From assembly GCA_965644265.1 (NCBI GenBank), contig OZ286472.1, positions 45,694,001 through 45,758,000 on the forward strand: a stretch of 64,000 bases of DNA. The letters are read 5' to 3'. This document shows positions 52,250 through 64,000 of the stretch, one piece after another. How positions within the stretch are numbered: the first letter of the stretch is position 1; each line of letters starts with the position of its first letter. The stretch comes from Glycera tridactyla. Its lineage: Eukaryota. The notes beneath the pieces were generated by a model. That model saw only the letters and a list, made by a program, of their open reading frames with translations. It searched no databases and was not told the origin of the DNA. The position numbers were made by a program, and so were the translations under genes.

Positions 52250-52440
52250 GCACTGAACCAATCACAAGTGATTTTAGTAAACATACTGAACCAATCAGGG
52301 TAGGTTATCTACACTAACTAAAGCCGCCTGCCTCGTTTACAACATCAAAGCCAGACGCGATCTGCGTTGATTGGACGACAAGTCAAGTCGGCCATTTTGA
52401 AATTGGACATAATCACGTGAATTAGCGGCGCATGCGCATC
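52250..52440. promoter_or_regulatory. Candidate promoter: four CCAAT boxes, YY1-like site, E-box, NRF1 site, TCF site
   Basis: CCAAT at 52258 and 52291; ATTGG at 52370 and 52402; CGGCCATTTTG 52389-52399; TCACGTGA 52413-52420; GCGCATGCGC 52428-52437; ACATCAAAG 52342-52350. The region is CpG-rich. Motif evidence only. Confidence 0.5.
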
Positions 52441-53099
52441 TCAAAGCACCACAAGACGTACATTTGTGATTGATGCTCGTACTGCTAACCAGCGAAGAGT
52501 GACATCTGTTGGGCTACTCAAATTACGGATTCACCAAATACACCAATTGGCAAGCAAGTATGGGATTCGAATGAATATATGGTAAATGCAATAATGGTGG
52601 TGCATACTAGCAGGCTATTTCGGTTCCTGTGGAAATTTGGATGTTTTACGAGATGTTTCGTTACAATTTGGGTGATTTGGTGGGATCGATGTTGCCCTTT
52701 CTTTCCGAATTGCTCAGTGTGAAGTGACGTCTGTTGATGCTTCAAGTGTGTACACCACTTCTCTCCATTAAGACAGTTTCAATAACGAATACGCTGATGT
52801 TGCTAAGAGATATTGACGCCTGTTACAACATATCAAGGGCCATAGCTTGCTTTTCATTATGTTTGCCTCCTGCTTCTCATGGTTGTTTCTTGATATGAAG
52901 TTGGAACTTGACATGAAGAAAGAGGTATAACGAGTATGATGGGCATATAATGGTGGGGGGGGGGGGGGGGGGTAACATCCGAGTGAGCAGCGTATGCGTA
53001 TGAGTGTTAATGCTTTACGTGGGAGACCATAGAGCTTATGCATTGCGGATACTGACACATATCCCTGTGAATTGGAGCCAAACCTAATATTATTATTGT

Positions 53100-53170
53100 A
53101 TCGATGTGTGAATTTCATCAATTTTCAACTTCCCCGCTGGGACCTAGAAGGCGGGGGTCTTGATTCATTC
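53100..53170 (+). mobile_element. SINE fragment
   Basis: tgtgtgaatttcatc...ctgggacctagaaggcggggtcttga. Confidence 0.5.
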
Positions 53171-56100
53171 ACTAGCATTATCAAATGCATGTTTATCTCG
53201 ACAAATCTTCAAGACGAAAACTATAATCTTTAAGCCGAAATAGACCATAATCTTCGGGCCGAAATGGAATGCCAATGAGTGTTGTGTTGAAAATCTACAT
53301 ATTCTGTCGGAATTAAGAAACCTCGAAAATCACTGGCGAAGGTACTACGGCTTAGAGACTGTGGCGAAATTGACTTTGAAGTGCGTGGTTAGTCTGCAAC
53401 TACCCATGCCTGGCAGTCTGCTATTTACAAAACGAGGGCAGAGATCAGAAGATAGATATTCCTGTCTTGGGGTTCTGGTTGTCTGCAGTTCAGTAACTGC
53501 GCCGATTTTCAGTATATATCCAGTTTGAATACACCTGACACACATGGACGCATGTGGAAATTCTCCTGGTTTATCTCGTTATACTCCCTACCAAGACGTA
53601 CTCTTGGTGTGGAAATCGCACTTTAAGAACTACACGAGAACCTAGACGCGTTAACTGTGCAATTAGCGAAGATTTAGACGTCCAGTTTCAAATGCGTTTG
53701 CGATTGAGTCCTTTATCTGAACACAATCATATTCAACACATAAATTCTAAACATGTTCAAAGACAAGTATGGACATCGGCCCCTGTGACTGTATCATGGA
53801 CAGNNNNNNNNNNNNNNNNNNNNNNNNNNNNNNNNNNNNNNNNNNNNNNNNNNNNNNNNNNNNNNNNNNNNNNNNNNNNNNNNNNNNNNNNNNNNNNNNN
53901 NNNNNNNNNNNNNNNNNNNNNNNNNNNNNNNNNNNNNNNNNNNNNNNNNNNNNNATGAATTGGTGGATTGATAGACAGGCATGCATGTCTGTAGTATTCT
54001 GCAGTGCATGTTTGCAATCATTATTAGACTCAACTACATGTTTGAGAGATAAGAGGCACCGTTCTTATCTGCCTGGCAACCTGCTCATATTGGATGTCAC
54101 TCAATATCAAGCTAGAGATAAATAAGAGAAGCGCCATAACGTGATACCGTTTCCCCGCCGCTCTTAGCATCTGGTCCGTCTGTAAAAAACTGAATGAACG
54201 TATTCCATAAACATAACCGAGGAATTCAGTTATAATTCCAGCGCCAATGTGTACCACATCCCGGGGTAAACAGAGGCTCAACATACTTAACCCCAACCCC
54301 TTTTCCCTGCTCACATGGCATATCAGGCAGCAATGGGGAGTTCTTATCACCTTCCCGAACGATACTGATAGGAATATGCTCTTTGGCCAACGTCTGGATC
54401 AAGTGACGTAAGAATAAGGCATCATATTCTGGGAGCAGGATATCAGAGGAAATGAGTCTGTTGACTTGAACGTGACCTTCGGCTTCAACCGAATTCCAAT
54501 CCTGGGGTTGAATGTCATCTGTCCCATTTGTGCCATACACCGCCACGGGACCATTATATCCCTCTGTTGTTCTTTTCGTACTAACACGCCCTACCCTATA
54601 AGTGATAGAGACTAACACGGACCCAACAGCAAAATCAAGGCATTCTTTCACGAGGACCAGCGAATGTACTTGCCCACATGGTGAAGTGTGTGTCTAGTTT
54701 TGGGTCTGCATATGTGGGTCAGTGGATATTTATGTGGGCTGTCAGATTTCAAAATATATCCCCACTGGTTAGCCTAGTGTTCAGGATTTGTGTCAGTGAT
54801 GCCTGCAGGGAACAGAATATCTAGCTTTCATTGTTTAGGAACACATGGCATACATACTCCCCTGGGTAGACGCATGCCGTAAAGTCTAAACCAAACAGAG
54901 CCAAGCCACTTTTAGTCTACCAGACATTTACCAATTTCAAACTTATCAAAATGATAGACCGGTCTTGATGAGATATGATCATTGCTGTGCCCTTGTCCTA
55001 GTGTGTCTATCCGTGGCATAGAACTGATTGCATTTCATTTGTTCGATTTGAGGTCGACGATGGTGGCATAAAGTTAACAGATTTGCTGCATGCGGATGCG
55101 ATGTACTGGCAAGCAGTAAATTCGTGCAAGTGTATGTGGGCGGGCGTAGTTGGTCAGATAAAGCCATGATGGAACCGGTGAGATGAGCATGTTGATATGA
55201 AGATGTCGGCAGTTTCTCGACCTGCATCATAGTTGATGGTAGCATCTGTCAAAACAGTATATCCATCAGCTGATACGTCATCACTCACAGAGCAAGCTCG
55301 GATGCAGCATTAACACCAGGCTTCAGCAGCCGCATCAGCAACAGAACCTATACATCGGCATCACTGCGGATGCCAGCAACAAGTACAACTATACAAGTCT
55401 GGTTGAAGGGGCGTTGAATGAAACCAACAAGCGAATCATTGCAATGACAGCAAGGTCATCATTCTCATCATCCTCATCATTCTCACCATCATCGTCGTCG
55501 TCGTCGTCATCATCGTCGTCTTCCAATTAGGCACCAAATGAAGGAGTCTCAGTGACCCCATGCTCAGTGCATGGACATTTGAATGCAGCCAACATGGTGC
55601 CCAGAGAACGGTAACCAAGCAATCAAACAATCGATTGATCAATCAATCAATCTTCGTCGTAGGTAACAGTGTTTGCACGTGCAGCAGCTGTAGCAGTAGT
55701 AGNNNNNNNNNNNNNNNNNNNNNNNNNNNNNNNNNNNNNNNNNNNNNNNNNNNNNNNNNNNNNNNNNNNNNNNNNNNNNNNNNNNNNNNNNNNNNNNNNN
55801 NNNNNNNNNNNNNNNNNNNNNNNNNNNNNNNNNNNNNNNNNNNNNNNNGTTTAACGTCCTGGGGTTATATCAGTCTGAAAAATTGGAAAAGCTGAACGTA
55901 AGTGAAAAATGCTGAAGGAAAGAGTAGTAGTAGTTGTAGTAATAGTAGTGGTAGTAGTACTAGATATATAAGTATCGGCAATAGCAGCTGTTGTTGCAGC
56001 TGCAACAACACTGTTAGCATCACCAATGGAACGGTAAATAAACAAGTGTTGTATGGGAACATTTATCCACGTGGGTGGTATCCCACCAGTTTGGGGAAAG

Positions 56101-57049
56101 TACGTCCAGGGAATTTCTGCTTGACATTACCTTTTATTTTGCGATACACAATCGGGAGCAGAAAACAAAATTGGATTTCATACTCAATTTATGCAAGTCC
56201 GTGAAGTGGAAAGTATATGGTCAATTCTAGTATCTTCAGCGAAAAGTGATTCACGCATTTTGATTTTATCCATAGTTCGGATATTCATCCATCCAATCTG
56301 CCTTTCAAATTTCCCCTATGACCCCGTTCACCGTAGAATGGTTATAGAAAACTGATGACCAGGTATATCCCCAGCCATTGTGACAGGCCTGTCAGTGCCT
56401 CGTCCAGTTTGAGGTTGTTCACATTGTCCCAGGGTGTTAGATATCTTGCCTAGTACCAAGTTAGCTAGGTTTTTTCTGCTATGATCACGGTATTAGATTC
56501 CATCTTCCTCTATGGCAGCCTATCCAGTGCCTGTTACGCCACAGCTTACAAGTGGAAACATTGCCACAGCTAAGTACAATGCTGAAGATCTCCAGTTACA
56601 GAAAACAGCACTCTAGATGAGGTATCAGGTGATCCGACAACCGAGATACAAACATTAACACAAGCGTTCTTCTGGGATTTCCCTGTAGACACTGTTTGTC
56701 TTCAGTGAATACATGATATTTAGATATGGATGTTATGTCACCAGGGGGTCATTCTTATGTGATGTAAGGAAATGTATCGAGCTGGTATAACACTATGATT
56801 CACCCATCGACCCCCCACCCCATCCTCACTCTCTCCACTCNNNNNNNNNNNNNNNNNNNNNNNNNNNNNNNNNNNNNNNNNNNNNNNNNNNNNNNNNNNN
56901 NNNNNNNNNNNNNNNNNNNNNNNNNNNNNNNNNNNNNNNNNNNNNNNNNNNNNNNNNNNNNNNNNNNNNCGCACACAGAACGGCATTTTGCCACACATGA
57001 GAAATATTTTGGCACGACCACCCAATTGACTAAACAATTGAACTCGCTA

Positions 57050-57410
57050 ATCGACTGAATAGTTGACTGATTGATTGGGTGAGTGAAAGAGTGATCAGAC
57101 AAAGAGACAGACACACAGACAGTCAGTCAGACAGACAGACAGGCAGACAGACAGGCAGACAGACAGGGATGGAGGCGGACAGACAGATGGATAGATGGAT
57201 GGGTGGAGCAACTGATTGAGTGAGTGACTGTGTGTGTGAGTGAAAGTGTGAGAAGGCAAACAGACAGACATTCCTGCGTGGCAGGGAGGCGGGCAGGCGG
57301 ACAGACGGACGGACGGACGGACGGACGGACGGACGGACGGACGGACGGACGGACGGACGGACGGACGGACAGACAGAGACCGGCAGACAGATAGATAGAC
57401 AGGCAGAGAC
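57050..57410. repeat. Compound (GACA)n/(GGAT)n/(GGAC)n microsatellite
   Basis: Directly visible; includes a pure (GGAC)n run at about 57300-57370. Confidence 0.93.
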
Positions 57411-57756
57411 TGTAAGATGCCGTCGCCATCGCTGTGAGGAAATCGAAATTGCATGAATGAAGTGCCGGTCAGAACAACCAGGTAATGATATGTTTAGATT
57501 TCGTTAAAGTCCTTCCCAATCTTACAGTAACCAGCCATATGCCAAAAATAGTCGTAGATCTGTCACGGAGAAGGTTTCCTATATCATAACTACAATCTAT
57601 ATCATAACTTTTGTGGTGGGAGTGTGGGTTAATAGGCGAAAATGTCTCTGGGAAGCTTGTTCCACTTTGTAGACCAAGTGGTGTCAGAAATTGTAAAGTT
57701 TGAGGTCAGCTATAAAACTATTTAAGAATGTGCTCCATCAGGGATGAATACCACCC

Positions 57757-57770
57757 GTCGCCATGGTGAC
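57757..57770. promoter_or_regulatory. RFX X-box, near-palindrome GTCGCCATGGTGAC
   Basis: Matches the RFX consensus GTNRCC-AT-GGYRAC. Confidence 0.4.
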
Positions 57771-60199
57771 ATAGACACCGAGGAGATGAAGTGAGTGCAT
57801 CAGTCTGCATATCAATGTGACCAAGGTGCGTTTCATCATTCATTCTGTATCTACGATGCCTACCGTGTGGTTGAATCATACACCACACTAATATTCACAT
57901 ATTATATGATAAGTTTGGACCGGCCACTGTTGAGCTCAAAACATGGAAATAGGCATGAGCTACACACCACCAGGGCTCGGTGATGGTGTGAGGGCCCATC
58001 TGGCACCTGAAAACAATGGTTCCAGGTGAGTGGTGTCGCTATAATAAGCGTCTACAAAACAGTCACACAGATTTCTCTCTTCAGCATACACGCATGCAAG
58101 CGCAAGAGAGGAAGGTCAAAAAATGAAATTAAGTCAGATGGTTACGCCTTCCAAATATTAGACCTGTCACCAATGAATAGCTAAACGCAGCACTGGAAAT
58201 ATCAGAGCCTCCAGGCCCTGACAGTAGAATTGGGCCGAGATCAGTCAACACAGTCGAATGGAACTGGGGAATGTGCTCCATATATTACTGCCCATGTGCA
58301 ATACAAAACCACAGGGAATAGATGACCGATGTACAGCGTCTGGGCCCAGTGGTTCGGGTTTTATGAAAACTGGAAAACCTAAGAAGTTTCTCATGTCAGC
58401 AGCCAAAACAGTTCTTCGATTAACCTTCTAAAGGTACCTTCACATACTTCCTAAAGTGCCAGAAATCATACATCGAGTATTTCAGAATTTCTTCATAGCA
58501 TATGTCTTCGACAGAATATGTTCTCATCAACGAACCTTCCCGATCCCATCCAAGCAATTCTCAGATTTATCATTCGAAATAAATTGCTGAAAGCCCGCAT
58601 CGCTGTAAAAGCTGACAACCATAGTTGCTGTGTCTTTAAAGCATTCCCCTGGAATCTCCTTCTGGTGAGTGTTATATACGCTCAATGAAATGGCCCCAGC
58701 TATCCAAGCTCGACAGACTAGCTATGCTTTCTCATGTCTCAAGCTACTCCAATGTATCGTTTTTCACAATCAGTTGTAGCCGCCATATGCCTTGACAGAG
58801 AGACACTGTTTTGCTAATGAATATTTTGCTACAATCACATTGCGCTTCTAATGTGATACAATAAATTACATTGAGGTAGAGGTGGTCTGAATAAGACGTC
58901 GGGAAGACGTCGGTAAAGAGCGCAGCGTGTGATTAATGGCCAACATATTGTCGGCGTCGTTCGCCGCGCTCAACATCAAAGGATGTCGATGAAGACGACA
59001 TTCAGGTATTCATAACAGTCTTGATAGAATTATTGAATAAAGTCAATCTGAATCTCTACATTGCTCCTCAATGAAGCACGCTCTGTTGAGCAAACCCTAC
59101 CACCGCCACATCTTAACACAAATGATATACTCTGCGAATACCGATTATTTGGATCTCGGTTGCGTAGCACAGACAACCAATTATCGATGGAAATAGACCT
59201 AACGGCCTTAATAGCCCGATTTTGGAATAGAGGAGGGATGGTACGAAGAAGGCGCAAAGGGGCAGGTGCAGAAGTGGATGGGAAAGGAGGAAATAGGAGG
59301 AGGTGGAGAAAAGAGTAGAGAGGAAGGGGAGAGACAGGGGGGGGGGGTAGAGATAGGAGAGAGCAGGAGGATTATAAAGAGGTAAGAGCCGATAAGTTCG
59401 TTATGTTTCTGGGGGCTATATCAGCGCATCGTAGTCCATGTGTAACTCTGTGAACATGGGAGAGCAGGAGATGGGGGATGTGGAAGAGGATGAAGCAGCG
59501 AGGCCGGAGAAAGAGGAGGAGGACGAGAAGGAGGGAGATGGGGGGGGGGAGGAAGAGAAGAGTCAGAAAACCTATTCATATAGACATATCTACATGATGA
59601 TATTCACCACTGAAGTCTTGCACAAGACTGTGGAGCGATAGTGAGATTGATGTCAATTTCACAGTTACCCGCTCCCCATTTACAAACAAAAATTGGTGGG
59701 CATCTGTGATGGAGATGGTGACGGCGGCGCTGACGTCAATGGTGGCGGATCATGTAGAGAAAAGGCAAGGTGATATGTAGGCTCACCTTGACCATAGAAG
59801 TTCCCTAGCTCACCCTACCTCTCCCCAGCCATTCTCGCTCACCATTCGAGGTTAGCAGGTCACTGAAGGTGTCTTTAATGGGACTTTGAAGGCGTGTCCC
59901 GGCATGACTCAAAATGCTAATTCATGACGTATCACCATTCTGGGATTGTCCTTTTTGATTAACTCATTAGCCAAATGACACTTCCCAGGGGATTTCTCTC
60001 CGCGTACCCTACCGATCCCACTCTCCCATTTCGACAGTGAAACCCTTGACGCCTTTATGAACCCTATTAACCCTTCCCTGTTCGCAGTAAGAAGTGCTGC
60101 AATAGATCTGGACCCTGTTGCACCATGTAGCATTTTCTGTGCCTATACAAACTCGGAGGAGCATGTCAGAAGTGGTGTCTGTGGTTCTCATAGCACTTC

Positions 60200-60345
60200 A
60201 CTTTCATTTGGGATCATGAAGCCATAAATAATCCCACACAGGTCCATCGCCTGGACGTCCAGTATAGCCCAACAGCTGCTCACAGAACGTCCAGTTTAGC
60301 CCAACTGATGCTCATAGAACGTTAAACAAATAAACAACCAAAATG
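60200..60345 (+). mobile_element. SINE 3' end with a 32-bp internal tandem duplication
   Basis: acgtccagt(a/t)tagcccaac..(c/a)tgctca(c/t)aga is repeated at 60255 and 60287, then acgttaaacaaataaacaacc. Confidence 0.55.
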
Positions 60346-60589
60346 GGTTTCGTGCAAGCCAACTGACTTTATCTAACCGTCGTTGTGATATTGGAGTACT
60401 AGATTCTGTATCACTCTCATGGTTTCTGAAGGGCTTTTTCAGTAAAATTCGAGATCGTCAGGACATGCAACCGCGGTGAAATGTCGTTTCCCCAACACAC
60501 TCAGCCTACCCTATAGAGATGAATGCGTAACTTGTTCTGCCAATCTATTCCGACACACCAGGTCCGAGACTGACCGAGCGATAATACCA

Positions 60590-60740
60590 GTGATGACACA
60601 TTGAGTGTCTGTGAATTTCATAAATTCCCACCATCTGCTAGGGCCCAGGAGGAATCTTGAATGATTTCATACATGTCCATTGCATCGGCGTCACAATATG
60701 GCACATGTGGTGCTGATATGACGTCAAACCCTAACAGAGC
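60590..60740 (+). mobile_element. SINE fragment
   Basis: gagtgtctgtgaatttcataaa...gggcccaggaggaatcttgaatg...gtccattgcatcggcgtcacaatatgg...tggtgctgatatgacgtcaaacc. Confidence 0.65.
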
Positions 60741-62619
60741 AATCGATCCACCTTGGTCGGTTGATGCCGATATGGGCGGCATGATAAAAGATAGGCAATC
60801 ATTGGGAGGTAAAAGTGATGCATTCTGTGGTCAATACACACTACAAATGTCATGACAGCTGCCAGTCCCAAGATGGGCTTCACATCTGTGTGATTTATTC
60901 TCCCAGGTACTGCCAGGAGAGAGGACGACCAAATAAGCTGTAATCTATATGCTTTCTTTGTGGTCCCAGGTAGGGATTTCAGAGTTCAGCAAATCGGTCC
61001 CATGTCACCCCTCAATGTGCTGTGAAGTTCAGCCCGGGCTGGGTTCGGCCCATATCAATTTCCATGTGGTGTGATCCTATCACCATTGTGTCCGGCAAAC
61101 CCGGCTCAGAATCACCCTAACTTTGGGCACAGGATGGAAGTCACAAAAGGAGACTCTTATTTTCCACAGCAACTTACATTACCTCCCATATTTCATGTGA
61201 ATTGGTTCGGGAGTAAGAAGTCCGATTATGAAGAGAAGGCAGTATGAGCCATAGCTGCGAAATGTGTATCAGGACATCTTTCGAATTCCACCTAACAGAA
61301 TGATAACAACGCAGATGTGGGATATAGAAATTAAGGTAATTTTTGGCAAGAAAACTTCCCGACCACCCAAGTCAAGAGTAGTGAATTCAGAATAAGCACT
61401 CAGGAATCCACGTGCTTTTTTTCATTGTTTCAATTTAGTAACAGCTCCGGTATGTGTTATTACAGTTGGCATCGATATCAATCCGACTGACATGTGGTTC
61501 GTCAGTGGTGTTGGTATTATGACGTCTCCAGTATTTATTCTAGGCTTATTGATACGTATGTCTGAGTCCTGATAGTATATCAAGAACAGTCTGTCGTGTC
61601 TATCATCTCGATGAAGACAGGAATGAAAAGATGTCACATCAACGTGATCACAAGGCTGCACCAATAGCAACCGATAGGATAAGATCTGTAATTAGCAATT
61701 GAGACTTATTGATATTCTAAACAACCTCTATGTAGAGTGGTGCAAACAGCATCGATTTGTCTTATATGATGTAGTTGTAATAAGTTCTGATATACGTTTT
61801 GTCTACAGGATAATAGTTGACCGAGTCGGGTCTCGAGACCCCCTCCTCTCTCCCTTCGATTTTGTCTTTTTTCTCTCCTCTAAATCTCNNNNNNNNNNNN
61901 NNNNNNNNNNNNNNNNNNNNNNNNNNNNNNNNNNNNNNNNNNNNNNNNNNNNNNNNNNNNNNNNNNNNNNNNNNNNNNNNNNNNNNNNNNNNNNNNNNNN
62001 NNNNNNNNNNNNNNNNNNNNNNNNNNNNNNNNNNNNNNNNNNNNNNNNNNNNNNNNNNNNNNNNNNNNNNNNNNNNNNNNNNNNNNNNNNNNNNNNNNNN
62101 NNNNNNNNNNNNNNNNNNNNNNNNNNNNNNNNNNNNNNNNNNNNNNNNNNNNNTCCTTGAATATTTCAATTCAGCACACTGATGTGAAATAAAGCAGCTG
62201 ATTGTTTGACATGTCTGTGTTGTGAATGTGTGAGACCACGCTGAATGGGACGCCGCAGGCTGAGGATGGGAACCTCTCAATGGTCAAATAGAAATATACC
62301 TGCACAATGAATTCATATCGTTGTGGTCGACAAGAATTTTAACAGGCGTGTATTCTATTTCACCTGGCAATCAGAGGCTCATGAGTTAGTTCATTCNNNN
62401 NNNNNNNNNNNNNNNNNNNNNNNNNNNNNNNNNNNNNNNNNNNNNNNNNNNNNNNNNNNNNNNNNNNNNNNNNNNNNNNNNNNNNNNNNNNNNNNNNNNN
62501 NNNNNNNNNNNNNNNNNNNNNNNNNNNNNTGGTCAACAAACATAACTTTAACAGGCGAATGGCTCATTTCCTCTAGCAATCGAAGGCTCCTGAATTGATT
62601 CATTCACTTTTACCTCATA

Positions 62620-62661
62620 TATGTTTGTCTCTTTTTCGTTCTTTCTTCTTTCTTTCCCCTG

Positions 62662-62701
<40 letters not shown>

Positions 62702-62722
62702 TCCTCCTCTCCCTCTCTCACT
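62620..62722. repeat. (CT)n polypyrimidine tract
   Basis: Directly visible. Confidence 0.9.
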
Positions 62723-64000
62723 TTCCCTCACTGGAGAGGCGCGATGAAGCGCAAAAGGCATGACACCAAAATAATGTCCTTTTGTTTCAGTTCTAGAAAG
62801 ATATTTTACCAGATCTGCCTGGCTGTTCAGTTAGCGAGGTATATGATATGTGTATAAGCAGAAATCTCGTTGAGCTCTTCCCCGTAACCCTCTAACTTTA
62901 CCAGTAGGTCCGCGTAGTGAATAGGTTGAGCTGGAAGACCAAATATTCATGTGTAGTCACAGTAAGTCTTATAATTGTTAGGGACAACTGTTTGAGGTAA
63001 TAGATATAGTGATCTCGCATCAATTTGTCATCTCACCTGGGCCCGCCGGAGGTGATGCAGCCTCCCTCCCCCTGCTCCGGGCCGCGGGGCAACCTCCTTT
63101 GATCTGTCCGTATTAGCGACATCGCCACTTGTTTCCGGGACAGGTTAAAACAACATACACCATCCAGCTCTTGTCCGACATGAAGAGCTACATGCTGTTT
63201 TACTCGCTGTTTATTTACAAACACATAGGAGAGAATACATCAGTCACTTTGAAATCCAGATGCTGTCTTCTGCATGACCTACTACCACTACGTTACCACC
63301 ACTGCCATTGCTACTGCCACTGGTAATCGAGGCTTTATAATGAGGCTTTATAAATTGATTATTTCATAAATCTTTACTGAAGAATGTACCTCTGCACATC
63401 CCTCTCTTCTCTTCTCACAATACAAGAATTGATTGTTCCCGCCCCTTTGTCAGAAGGCTGATACCATAATTTGTTCGAAATATATCATACAGATAGGCAT
63501 AGCTTTTCATACAACTTGAATTTTGATTTTGAGTCATCATGCCGAAAATGAATGAGCCATGATGACGATATCTCAGTGATTGCGGAAAGACACGGACTTG
63601 TATTCCACTCTCACACAGATTTCTATGCCAATGATAGAAGCAGGAAGTGAGATGTCCTGGTGGAAAAACCTGGAACTAAATGCTGTTATCCTCTATAGAG
63701 GTGAGCAGTGGTGAATTCTTTTCAAAAGTTTTGGGAGTTTCGAATTCCCAGTGTATTACAATCAGCGGGTCAACATCAAGGAAATTTGAGATATAAAGAC
63801 TGTGCAAATAAACATTCAGACAACATCACTTTCACTCATACCTTTGGCGAACTTCTAATCACCAGATGAAGAGGTGTGTTAATGAAGCAATTTCGCGACA
63901 ACCATGTTCCCTAACGATGACAGTATCTTCATGCGCACTTTCCATATTTCTCAATAACTTGACAGACACAAAAAGTAACAAGTCCGGAAAAAAAAACAGA

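Noticed and set aside
2490-60740. Apparent all-plus-strand orientation of SINE copies (antisense to Wnt11)
   Set aside because: Likely a reading bias on my part: probable minus-strand fragments exist at about 730-760, 55849-55880 and 58200-58370. A proper count needs a consensus search.
61699-61790. LNNLYVEWCKQHRFVLYD resembling the SGNH esterase of LINE ORF1
   Set aside because: The resemblance is short, and the GxND and DxxH catalytic motifs are absent.
63033-63224. Minus-strand ORF with a good phase-2 donor (CCCAG|gtgaga) as the Wnt11 first exon
   Set aside because: There is no hydrophobic signal peptide or Wnt-like sequence, and the ORF start is not a clear ATG context.

Overview
Eukaryotic (most likely bilaterian invertebrate; inference) genomic DNA from a gapped draft assembly with about 20 N-gaps, many beside microsatellites. 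The only well-supported protein-coding content is three internal exons of a Wnt ligand on the minus strand (24474-24712, 21090-21376, 2899-3230). They splice in frame through canonical GT-AG introns of 3.1 kb and 17.9 kb. Sequence and intron phases (2,1,0,2) fit Wnt11. The signal-peptide exon and the last exon were not found. The rest is intronic or upstream DNA containing SINE-like repeats, several MITE-like families, a 36-bp minisatellite, a 37-bp satellite split by a foldback element, a ~0.65-kb tandem duplication and simple repeats. Candidate regulatory clusters include CTCF, NF-Y/NRF1/YY1, TCF plus helper, and RFX motifs. The most notable observations are a basic linker insertion in the Wnt with a furin-type RQRR site, an SPDxC-to-SSDYC change, paired CCAAT boxes at 32-33 bp spacing, and TCF sites each paired with a GCCGC helper-like motif. 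Family comparisons are from memory; no searches were run. Repeat boundaries are approximate unless splice sites or TIRs define them.
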